Shown here one piece after another: positions 25,643 through 37,568 of a stretch of 64,000 bases of DNA; within the stretch, counting starts at the first letter, position 1; every line of letters starts with the position of its first letter. The DNA is taken from the NCBI GenBank assembly GCA_951406725.2, contig OX597836.1:28706001-28770000 (forward strand), given 5' to 3'. This DNA comes from Octopus vulgaris. Its lineage: Eukaryota. The translations under genes and the position numbers were made by a program. A model generated the notes under the pieces. That model did no database searches. It saw only the letters and a program-made list of their open reading frames with translations, and was not told the DNA's origin.

Positions 25643-25645
<3 letters not shown>
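24821..25645. mobile_element. ~350-bp tandem repeat with one hammerhead motif per unit (non-LTR retrozyme-like), partly inverted
   Basis: The unit starts at 24821 and restarts at about 25172 (1.4 copies); an inverted ~0.9 copy follows at 25318-25645. Flanked by (TA)n on both sides. Confidence 0.75.
25434..25479 (+). ncRNA. Type I hammerhead ribozyme motif in the 350-bp unit
   Basis: cctgct-CTGAAGA-agagaaataaccca-GAA-ACC(att)GGT-C-tgcagg. The paralog at 25045-25090 (minus) has stem I cttgta/tacagg and stem II gag/ctc but a mutated core. Confidence 0.65.
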
Positions 25646-25691
<46 letters not shown>

Positions 25692-25694
<3 letters not shown>

Positions 25695-26254
25695 TAATAA
25701 AATATTAGGGAATAAATCCAAACTTACAGGGGAAAATCAGATTTAGGATTGAATCCAATTTTATAGTAAAATATTATATTATATTAAATTAGAGATAAAC
25801 CACTATTAGGCAAATCAAACAATGAAAAACTTAAGCCAATACATAAAATTAATTAATTTATATTATTTTAAATATATATCAAAATTATTAAAAGTTTAAT
25901 AAAAGATAATGAGTAAAACCCTACGATCGTTTCATGGCTATCAAATTCGTAATAATTCGAGTTATGGTTACAGTCAATCTTCAGGTAATTGAAATATTTA
26001 TCTTAGCGAGGTTTAGCAATGACCTCGCTAAGATAAATATTTCAATTACCTGAAGATTGACTGTAACCATAACTCGAATTATTACGAATTGGACAGCCAT
26101 GAAACGATCGTAGGGTTTTACTCATTATCTTTTATTAAACTTTCAATAATTTTGATATATATTTAAAATAATATAAATTAATTAATTTTATGTTTTGGCT
26201 TAAGTTTTTCATTGTTTGATTTGCCTAATAGTGGTTTATCTCTAATTTAATATA

Positions 26255-26258
<4 letters not shown>
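25692..26258. mobile_element. Fold-back mini-element with mirrored hammerhead-like motifs
   Basis: Arms about 25776-26012 / 26022-26258 with a 9-nt loop. CTGAAGA at 26050 and GAAACGATCGTA at 26101; stem I is weak. A second family copy lies at 48723-49040. Confidence 0.75.
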
Positions 26259-26289
<31 letters not shown>

Positions 26290-26454
26290 TACATTGTATA
26301 CATACATATACACACAACACACACACATAGGCACAGGCACTGCTCTGTTGTAAGAATATACGTGGCACCTTGGGTAAATGTCTTCTACTATAGACGCAGG
26401 CTGACTATAGCCTTCTGAGTGGATTTGGTAGACAGAAACTGAAAGAAGATCATT

Positions 26455-26503
<49 letters not shown>

Positions 26504-26507
26504 TACA

Positions 26508-26541
<34 letters not shown>

Positions 26542-27244
26542 CACACACACAAACACATGCATACATACATGTAGGTGTATGTGTGTATCTTAATGATTGC
26601 GTTTGTCCTCCATTACTGCTTGACAACTGGTGTAGGTTTGTTTGCATATACCTACTTTAGTGGTCTGCTGAAAGAGACAGGAAGAGTAAAGACCAGCCTT
26701 AAAAATATGGCTACTGGGGTCAATTTGTTTTACTAAACCCTTCAACATGGTGTCCCAGCATGACTGCAGTCCAATGACTGACACAAATAAAAAGTAAAAC
26801 ACACATACACACACATGCACACATATAGTGAAAGAAATAAAAGAAAAATGTTAGTTGGCTGCACATTCCAGTAAGATTGTGTAAAAATAGGACACAGTGT
26901 ACAAATTTTCTTCTTGAAATATAAACAAAAAAACACACACACAAATCTCTCTCCCTCCCGCTCTCTCTCTCTCTCTCTCCCTCTCTCTCTGTTTCTAAAA
27001 TGCTACTCCTATCTTCATGCCTCAGTGAATAATGACAACAACAAATTTGATTGCTAGCAAAGGCAAACCTCTTACAAGTTGGTTACTGTATTATTCTCAC
27101 CAATCCACCAACTACGTCACCACACCGCACCACCATAATCATCATCATTGTCATTGTCATTCATTGTCATCATCATCATCATCATCATCATTACGTGTAA
27201 TGAGTAATATCATTAGTCATATGCCAACAAGAGTAACTCTATGC

Positions 27245-28310
27245 CTACTATCACTTTTGTCTAATGTCAATTTGGTCTAATGACTTTGGTCTAATGAAAA
27301 TTTGATCTAATGACAGTTTAGTTTAATGTCAATGTTTAATGTCAATTAGTTTAATGACACTTTGGTCTAATAACTCTTTGGTTTAATGACACATTAGCGT
27401 AATATCATTTTGGTCTAATGACACTTTGGTCTAATAACGCTTTGGTTTAATGAGACATTAGCGTAATATCATTTTGGTCTAATGACACTTTGGTCTAATA
27501 ACGCTTTGGTTTAATGACACATTAGCGTAATATCATTTTGGTCTAATGACACTTTGGTCTAATAACGCTTTGGTTTAATGACACATTAGCATAATATCAT
27601 TTTGGTCTAATGACACTTTGGTCTAATAACGCTTTGGTTTAATGACATATTAGCGTAATATCATTTTGATCTAATGACACTTTGGTCTAATAACTCTTTG
27701 GTTTAATGACACATTAGCGTAATATCATTTTGGTCTAATGACACTTTGGTCTAATAACGCTTTGGTTTAATGACACATTAGCGTAATATCATTTTGGTCT
27801 AATGACACTTTGGTCTAATAACGCTTTGATTTAATGACACATTAGTGTAATATCATTTTGGTCTAATGACAATTTGGTTTAATGACACTTTGGTCTAACA
27901 TCACCTTCGTCTAAAGGCAATTTACTCAAAAGTTAATTTGATCTCATGACACTTTGATCTTAGGACAGTTTAATGTAATATATATTTGACTTAATGACAG
28001 GTTGGTCTAATGTTGATTTGGTCTAACAACTGTTTGGTCTTGCAACTGTTTGGTCTAACATCACTTTAGCCTAAAGACAGTTTCATCTAATGTTAATTTG
28101 GTCTAATGTCAATTTGGTTTCAAGAGAGTTTAGTTTAATATCTATTTGGTCTACGGAGAGTTAGTCTCCTATCAATTTGACCTAATGACACTTTGGTCTG
28201 AAGAAAGTTTAGTTGAATGGTACTTTGATCTAAGGATAGTTTAGTCTAATATCAATTTGGTCTAATGACATTGGTCTCTTGACACTGGTCTAATGTAAAC
28301 TAGGTCTAAT
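27245..28310. repeat. 16-bp minisatellite with a 64-bp higher-order core
   Basis: Monomer about tttggtctaatgacac. attagcgtaatatca (or a 1-nt variant) recurs every 64 bp from 27393 to 27841 (8 copies); diverged monomers lie on both flanks. Confidence 0.92.
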
Positions 28311-28954
28311 GGCACATTTTTTGCTACTTGACATAAAAATTACAAAGCAGAATAAATTTAGCAAGCATTAGAACACTGTGCAAATGGATGTAATTTTTTT
28401 TTTAAATGTACATATATATTTTTTTTTGTGCAAAGCTAAAAATCATGGGTTTTTTATATATATATGCATAGTTACTTTGTTGTTTTTTCCTATTTTTTCA
28501 GCTTTTGTAATTACTTTGTAGAAATATTTTCTTATAGAAATTGACATGTCCAAAGTCCTAACAGTCAAAAAATATCAGAACAACTTAGAAAAATCTCATC
28601 TGGTTTATCAGATGCTGAGCTTTCTGAAACTGATAATGTGCTTTCAGAAGCTGAATATAATAATATTAATGAAGCCCAGACATTTTGTTCCTCATTTGAT
28701 TCTAGTGGTGAAGAATCAATGGACATCTGTATTTAGATCCAAACAATAAACCAGATTATAACACTGATAATATAAGAAATGCTTGAAAGGTAAGGATGGT
28801 TCTTCTTGACAGTTTGATGTCACATCTCGCACAACATAATGTCTTAAAATTTCAGTCAGGCCCAATCATATACACTATAACTCGAGTCATTAGAGATAGT
28901 CCTTTTCCTTCCTTTAGAATTTTGATTGGTGCACAATAATAGAATATGAAACTG

Positions 28955-29410
28955 CATGTGTGTGTGTAAAAATGCAAAGAAAAGATGATCATATATAATA
29001 ATAAAATTAAATTAAAGATACATACCAGTTGTTTCGGAAATTCCCACTGCAAAAATGGAAGAAAAAATTAGATTAGATATCATCAACGTCACTATTATCA
29101 TTATCATCATCATCAACAACAACAACAACAGCAGAAGCAACAACAACAACAATAACATCATCATATTCAAAATAAATTTTTCTCTGAAACAATTTTGAAA
29201 TTGCAACCTCTAAAAAGGATATTAATTCTAACAAAATAATTTATCAACATCTTGAATAGCTCCAGTATGTGTACTTAAAACTACGCATGCTCTGTTAGTT
29301 CAGCTCTTTATTTATTAAATTCATCTGGTGATGTACATCAAACAGAAAGTCTATAGCATATATATGCTCTGGAAACCAAATTAACAAATCTAAGCTGTCA
29401 GTCCATATTC
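28955..29410 (-). repeat. Duplicated micro-exon cassette, copy 3 (21-nt family)
   Basis: Colinear with 915-1350 (tgcaaagaaaagatgat, cataccagttgtttc, ttagatatca, aaattcatctggtg, agaaagtctata). Confidence 0.8.
29026..29046 (-). CDS. 21-nt micro-exon (stalk, VGISETT)
   Basis: ttttttcttccatttttgcag|TGGGAATTTCCGAAACAACTG|gtatgt; phase 1-1. Exon and flanking introns are homologous to the micro-exons at 2379-2399 and 983-1003. Confidence 0.8.
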
Positions 29411-30242
29411 TCAAAAGAATTCTTTTTCTTACTTTTCTACATCAGTCAATGTACATTTACTTAAAGATTCTACCAAAACTACTTTCATGAGTACACTGAG
29501 GAAGAAAGGAAAATAACAAACCATATCTGATATTGCTTTACTTGAGGCAGCTAAGCAACATGTGTCTCCATTCTCACCAGCCCCAAGACAGCCAAGAAAG
29601 ATGGCACAGGCAGATGGCCAAGAACCTCCATCGCCATAAAGGTAGCACAGTTGTTATCAGATAAGCAAACCATGTGTTACTGTACCAATAGGTAGTTTCT
29701 CTTACCAGGTCTATAATTATTGCTGTTGTAAATTGTAAATGGCCTACAGTGTGCTTTTATGTGCAACAATAAATTATTCTGTTAAATATTCACAAGTGTT
29801 ATTCATGCAGCAAAGAAAAAATATTTCCATTCATTAACTCAACCAGCTACCATAGCAGCATTGATGAAACACTACCTTAATACTACCCATGACAAATGTT
29901 TGGGATTGGACATTCCTTACAACTATTTCATTGGAAGTCAAAAATTATATAAAAAATAAGCTAACCCAAAAAATTGGACTATTCAAAGCATATGCTATTA
30001 TAAAAAGCAAGAATATATTCTTGCTGGGACAGCTCCTCCTTACACTTTTGTAAATTGCTCACATGAGATGTAGGTGGAAATTGGATAGGATGAACTGGTA
30101 AAGTGTGGGAATACACAGAAAAGGTCAAGAAGCACTGATCTATATCTTTCACCTAAAACTGTCACTTTGTGCCAGTCACAATAATTGCCTTTTGAAATAC
30201 AAATAGCAATATAATGCACAACATATATTTATTAGAAAACCT

Positions 30243-30377
<135 letters not shown>

Positions 30378-32147
30378 TATATGTAAATATGTGTGTTTGC
30401 ATGTGTGTGTGTGTTATGTGCATGTGTATTATGGATATATATGGTAAGTATATATATATATATTTCTTCATTCCTCTTCTAATCACACACATACACACAC
30501 ACATATAGATATATAGATATGGATATATATATACACACACATATATGTATATAATACATATACATTTATATGCTTATGTCATCATCATCATCCTCATTTA
30601 ATGTCTGTTGTCTATGATGGCATGGGTTGGACGGTTTAACTGGGCTGGCACACTGCACCAGGCTCCAGTCTGATTTAGCATGGTTTTCTAAGGCTGGATA
30701 CCCTTCCTAATGCCAATCACTCTGAGAGTGTAATGGATATGTAGCATACACTTGAGTGAAATTCCTCTCCTCTCTATTATATATACATACATACAAACGT
30801 AGTAGATAACAGCTAGCTTTTGACTGCATTTTGGATCCTGTTGTGTCCACCACTCTGATTGGTTGGTATTGGCACAATTTGTCTCTTGCTCTATCGCGTG
30901 CCAATATGCAACCCAACTAATCACAGCCTTCAAATAAGGTCACATGTGACAACCTGTTTTCTACCTCAGCTGAGCCTACAACTCCTTATAAAAAACCAAA
31001 CTTTTCCTCACCTTGATGTCATTCGGTTCCAGACCTTTTAAGACACCGCCAGTTCCAGCAACAACACAAAAGCAGCCATGTGGAGACTCATCAACTTCGT
31101 CCAACAGTATTCAGCAACCTTCATCTCCACCACCACCACCATTCCTCCTAACATCAACATCTCACTACATACACAACTCAACAAGCAACTTGCCCAGGTT
31201 ACAACACTGCACTGTTCACGAATTACTTCACCATGGATCAACAGCGAATATACAATCTGCGAGAACTCCTGTACCAAGTGACCATGCAGCAGCATCACAG
31301 TCACAACTTCACGTATGACATATACCACAACTGGCTCTGCATCATCACCACAACTTCTCGACACAGCATTTCAGCTATCGTGTACAATTGACTACAAACT
31401 GGTGTTTATCATTCTTGTGTCTATGAACTTACTTCTCACTTCGATGGCTATAGACTCTTTCACTGTCTCTTAAACATCGCCATCCTTGTACGTTCTTAGC
31501 ATACATACATCTACGCCTACATACACACGCACACATCTTATTCTCATGACGGCCTGTCTATTATTCTGTATATATGATGCACTCATAATCACACATGTTA
31601 ACATACCAATAAATCTCCTCTCAAACATTCTACCTGGTTGTGTCTCTTATTTCCCTCTGGCACATATATTCATTGTTCTATTTATATTTATTGTATCAAC
31701 TGTGTGATGTATTAAGGAGCCATTCTCATCACCTCACTTCGCATGGATGTTACAAATCGGCGACCCATTCCAGCTCCTTGAAACTACAAAACAATTATAA
31801 TGGGAGAAGGAGATACTCCACAGGCATCTAAACCTTCATGCCCATTATAGATGCTTTTACATACCACCAGCACGGGTGCATTTACATGCCAATTTGTGTG
31901 ACATCGGATCTGCCACAACTGCAATTTTGTTTGGCTTGATGGGTCTTCTTCTCAAGCACGACATAATGCCAAAGGTCTTGGTCATTGCCTCTGTGAGGCT
32001 CAAAGTTCGAAGATCATGTTTCATTACCTCGTCCTATGTCATCTTGAGTTTACCTCTACCACAGGTTCCCTTCACAATTATTGATGGGTACTTCTTTACA
32101 CAGCATATGTATGTGTGTGTGTGTGTGTGTATGTGTGTGTGTGTGTA

Positions 32148-32227
<80 letters not shown>

Positions 32228-32232
32228 CTTAA

Positions 32233-32289
<57 letters not shown>

Positions 32290-32524
32290 AGAAATATGTT
32301 TTCCCCTATATATATATATATATATACACACATACATACATATATATATATACACATATATAGTATATATTTTATGTATATAATTATATTTATATATATT
32401 AAGCATATGTATATAATATATAAGATATAATATAATATATATATATAATATATCTAATATATATAATATATATATATATATAAAGTCAAAATAAGCAAAT
32501 AAGCAACAAGGATATCCAGAGGTA

Positions 32525-32613
32525 ATGCAGTATGATCGTTTCATGCAACTCCATTTAATTAAACAATGCAATCATTACATCAATTTAAAATGAAGAGCAA
32601 TCTTCAGCTGCAC
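32525..32613 (-). ncRNA. Type I hammerhead ribozyme motif
   Basis: gtgcag-CTGAAGA-long stem II (tgc..cttcattt / aaatggag..gca)-GAAACGATCATA-ctgcat. Stem I has 6 bp; one G>A change in stem III relative to GAAACGATCGTA at 26101. Confidence 0.65.
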
Positions 32614-33662
32614 AAAGACAGAATTTAATTAAATTAGAACAGATGGACATATTAGTATAATTATAACTAAAAACCTTCATGAAGTTAAGGAGATACACAA
32701 ACAACATGTTGTACCTACAACAGTATAGTCGTAACTAAAATTTTCAAGGAGACACTGCCTGTCACTGATTTTTTGTTTTTTTATGGGGTCAGTTTTAATT
32801 TATAGACTAGTTTATCAAATCCCTTGTATATTTAAGGCTGAGAGAAACAGAGGGCAGTATTTGTTTGGGGTAGGATTGAGGGAGTAGACAGACATTCTAG
32901 ATGGTATAGTCATAAAAATCAAGATTTATTAGAAGCAATGTCATGAGGTTTAAAGCACTGCCTTTAGTCAAACAAATCGGCCCCAGGACTTATTCTTTGT
33001 AAACCTAGTACTTATTCTATCAGTTTTTTGCCGAACTATTGGGTTACAAGGATGTAAACACACCAACATTGGTTGTCAAGCAACAGTATGGGCACAAACA
33101 GATACACACACACTTATATGTATATATATATGACAGACTTCTTTCAGTTCTGTCTACCAAATCCACTCACAAGTCTTTGCTTGGCCTGAGGCTATAGTAG
33201 AAGCCCAAGGTGTCACACATTGGGAGTGAACTGGGACTATGTGGTTGGTAAGCAAACTACTTACCACACAGCCAATATATATATATACAACTTCTTTGCC
33301 ACATTTATCACTGACGAAGAGAAGGTTCTTATGAATTAACTCTGAAATTGGGTCCAATATGGTAATAACGGAATTTTTTAGAAATTTCTGTCGGCTTTCT
33401 TCGAGACGCGTGCTTTTAGTGATGAATTATATGGTAATGGACGATGTGTCTAGTTTCGGCATATTTGGCATTAGAAATTTTTTTCTTTTGCCCTTGTTTA
33501 TAAGTTGTTTATAAATTTAACCTTTAAAGGTATTTTTTAATATACTGGCCATTGATAAAATTTTTTTCGAAAAATTTTATCCTATATTAGATATATATAT
33601 ATATACACACACACACTCATATATATATGTTATATATATATATATAAATACATATATAGGGC

Positions 33663-33694
<32 letters not shown>

Positions 33695-33723
33695 ACAGAC
33701 ACACATATATATGTGTATATATA

Positions 33724-33756
<33 letters not shown>

Positions 33757-34140
33757 GTGGAGGCGCAATGGCCCAGTGGTTAGGGCAGCAGACTCGCGGT
33801 CATAGGATCGCGATTTCGATTCCCAGACCGGGCGTTGTGAGTGTTTATTGAGCGAAAACACCTAAAGCTCCACGAGGCTCCGGCAGAGGATGGTGGTGAT
33901 CCCTGCTGTACTCTTTCACCACAACTTTCTCTCACTCTTACTTCCTGTTTCTGTTGTACCTGTATTTCAAAGGGCCGGCCTTGTCAATCTCTGTGTCACG
34001 CTGAATATCCCCAAGAACTACGTTAAGGGTACACGTGTCTGTGGAGTGCTCAGCCACTTACACGTTAATTTCACGAGCAGGCTGTTCCGTTGATTCGGAT
34101 CAACCGGAACCCTCATCGTCGTAGCCGACGGAGTGCTTCC
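33757..34140 (+). mobile_element. Young full-length tRNA-SINE (family B)
   Basis: Pol III-like boxes and retained CpGs; inserted in (TA)n. Confidence 0.85.
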
Positions 34141-34780
34141 AATAATATATATATATATATTCATGTGTGTGTCTGTATACAAAAAATTGTTTAACATGGA
34201 ATATAATGAATCGAGATGACTAATTCATAGAGTTATTTATCCTTTGTTCCTTTTTTTTTCGTGACAAGAAAATTGTGAGGTGTGTCTGACTGACATCTTG
34301 CTGATGTCATTTATCATTCACCTACGCCCCTCTCTCTATCTCACACTCTCTCTACCTATTTTCAGCTTTACCTTTTCTATATGAATGTATTCATGCATTT
34401 GTATTTTCTTTCTTTCTTAAATGTGTGTGTGTGTGTATGCATGCATGCATGTGTGTGTACATATATGTGTGGGCATGTGTTTATGCTTATATTCTTATCA
34501 ATACATTTTCTTTCTTTCTTTTTCATTTTTTCTTTACTGTGCTGAATATAAACGAAGCTAAACAGAAATAAAACCTTTTTGACTGAAGCTGAAGGGTTTT
34601 GTACTGAAATACATTAAAATATACCTAATTCAAATTTGCCTTTAGTTGGAGAAAGTAAGCAAAAACCTAACATCCATTGTAAGCAACTGTCAAGCATTAA
34701 GGACAATAATTTTAAGAAATCCAGAGTTAATCAGTCAACTTGCTTAGAAATACGAAAATCTGAAATTGCAACTGAAAGAC

Positions 34781-34824
34781 AATTATAGACATGTTTCAGT
34801 CTATTAGACCTCATCAGCTTAGTT
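34781..34824 (-). ncRNA. Minimal hammerhead motif of Penelope type
   Basis: CTGATGA-ggtct(aat)agact-GAAACATGTC; perfect core and palindromic stem III (ACATGT); stem I is eroded. Confidence 0.6.
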
Positions 34825-35909
34825 CAGTTTAAAGAAGCCTAGCATTCTGCTAACAAGGAGTTTTATACATAGAAAAACTATTACGAATTATTAGATTAGC
34901 GACAGAGTATTTCTTTATCATTTATATTATTCATTTATTGGTTTCCAGCATTGGACTGCAGCTGTAGTGGAGTAATGCTCACAAGACAACTATTTTAGTC
35001 TGATGTCATTTTTTTTAATTATGTATTGAAAGGTTCAGTATTTTTGTGAGCCCAGGGACACAACTTCATGAAATGGTCTACACAAATATAAGCACACATA
35101 CGCATATAGATCAGATATATATATGTGTGTGTATGTGTGCATATGTATGTAGATATATTATATATTATATATGTTTATATTATATTCTTTTACAAGATGG
35201 TAAGCTGGCAGAATTGTTACCACACAGGACAAAATGCATAGCATTTTTTTATGATTTGTGTTCAAATGCTGCTGAGGTCAACTTTGCCTTTCATCCTTTG
35301 GTAGTCAATAAAATAAAGTACCAGTCAAGCACTAGGGATCAATGTAATCAGCTTGTCCTCTCCCCTCAAAATGCTGGCCTTTTCCAAAAATGAGACAGAA
35401 TTATATTATATTCCTTTACAAGCTTCAGCTCAAGGTTGTAGCTGTGCTGGAGCATCACCTGTGCAATTGACACTGCTTCAAAAGTTGCTTTCTGGTGAAG
35501 GAGTGAATTTGATGCTGTTGTCCATAACAGCGCTTCTTGCAATTTCACATCAACCAAGGTTGATCTGAAATGTGTAGAACCCTACCATCAATCAGCACAT
35601 GTTTTGCTAATCAATAACACTAAATAATACACAATACATACATACATACATACATACATACATACAAACATACATACATACGTACATACATACATACATA
35701 CATACATACATACATACATACATACATACATACATGCATACATACACACACACATACATACATACATACTTACATGCATGCAAACATGCATGCATGCATA
35801 CATACACACACACATACATGCATGCATGCATACATACATGCATACATACATACATACATACATACATACATACATACACACACACACATACATACATGCA
35901 TACATACAT

Positions 35910-36058
35910 AGTGTACAGTTGTGGAAATCAGCTGCCCAGTGGATATTAACATAAAGCTGAAGATTAGTGAAAAAGAGAATACCTACACTGAATTATTGAG
36001 AAATCTGCAGTTACTCAATCCATATTACAAGTTCAGATTTGTACCTGTAATTTTTGAG
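35910..36058 (+). mobile_element. R4/Dong endonuclease fragment after a (TACA)n tract
   Basis: CTVVEISCPVDINIKLKISEKENTYTELLRNLQLLNPYYKFRFVPVI aligns to the 17988-18290 peptide. Confidence 0.75.
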
Positions 36059-36292
36059 TGTGTATGTATGTATTAGTCATCTATGCGTACTTGTTCACCT
36101 ATATGTGTTTGCATACAAGCACACACATACGTATACATATATATGAATGTGTATAAAGGCATATATGCTTTATTGCTTTATATGGAGAAAATGTGTGTTA
36201 TGTATAAGTGTTAACTTGTGTGTGTGTTTGCATGTGTGTATGTGGTTGTTGTGTGTATATGTGTGTATATATTAATATATATATATATAAAA

Positions 36293-36413
<121 letters not shown>

Positions 36414-36574
36414 CATTTATATATTTGTTTTGCAAGATCCTTGATGTGAAATCATATGTTGAAACAGATATTATTGTATTTAGGAATAGTCATGTTGCCA
36501 GTTTAGCCAATAAAACACATGCACTATATATTTGGTGTTAATTTGCTTCAGCTTTATTTTTTACATTAATCCTA

Positions 36575-37568
36575 TTTTGACCTCATCAGTGGTCCTTTGC
36601 TTTCTTCTTTCTTATTTGTGTGTCTTTCCTTACTAACAATCAGCCATTTTGTATTTTGTATTCCTATTCTATTTGCACATGCATATACCCCTATGTGTGT
36701 CTATGTTTTGTAAGTGCGTGTGTGTGGAGGCTGCCTGTATTATCTGTATCCCTTGTTTATAAATGTTCATTTAATGTTATGTATTTTGTTCATTTGTCTA
36801 TATCTACTAATTATTTTTTATTCTTTCTTTTTTTTGTATTTAATTTAATTTAATTTTGTTTTGTTAACATATATAGTTATTTTATTCCATTTGTTTATCT
36901 GTGTATTGTATTATTCATATTGTTATCAGTTTATGGGGATTTCATTCTGTCATATGTTGTGGTGTGTTGGGGGGGGGGGGGGTGCTAGTGTTCCATTCCA
37001 GTTTCCTATTCAGGCTAGGTTTATCTTCTATTATGTGTGTAGCTTCTGTAATTTGTCTAAGCATTGCGTCTATTCTATGTATGGACAAGATTTTAAATTC
37101 TATGTTGTTGAATGAGCCCCCATGTTGCTGCTTGGTATGCTGGTATAGAACTGATGAGTTCTTCTCTTCCTTAAGTTCCCTCCAATGCTCATTTACCCAC
37201 TCTCCTATGCTCTGTGCTGTTTCCCCTACGTACATCGCTGTCTTGTTACTGCACCATCCCTCTGTACATTTTATACTATAGAATACATTTCTGGCTTTAC
37301 AGTTTGTTTGTGGGCTAAATCTACATACAGTACAGTTCCTATCAGTATAGGGAGTTCTACTAAAAGGGTAGGTTCTACCGATTAGGGATTTGATAGGGTT
37401 GCCTGGCCTTTCAACAACCTTAATTCTTAGCTTAAGTTTGTCTAGGGCCCTTCTAAAGCAGTACGACAGTTCACCTCTAGGGATGGTGTTGACAAACATG
37501 ACACTCTGGTATTTTTGGCTATCATACCATGAGTTGGCCTTCCCTATTTTCTTCTTAGGAACATGCAT
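36575..37568 (-). mobile_element. Penelope-like element 3' part (GIY-YIG endonuclease + 3' UTR)
   Basis: ORF 36942-37568: CTVC...CKARNVFYSIKC...YVGETAQSIGEWVNEH...RQITEA...PSLNRK. Partial hammerhead core CTGATGAGGTC near 36580. Confidence 0.85.

Noticed and set aside
27350-27870. Regular array as a possible CRISPR
   Set aside because: No unique spacers, eukaryotic context and no cas genes; it is a tandem minisatellite.
28540-28930. Possible piggyBac-derived transposase N-terminal relic
   Set aside because: Only vague acidic and GP-motif similarity, with stops and no termini found.
29475-29496. Acceptor-like site near the 29026 micro-exon
   Set aside because: In-frame TGA in phase 1 and a poor donor.
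30790-31830. C/A-rich segment with short ORFs, possible LTR-element remnant
   Set aside because: No diagnostic motif or terminal repeat could be identified by eye.
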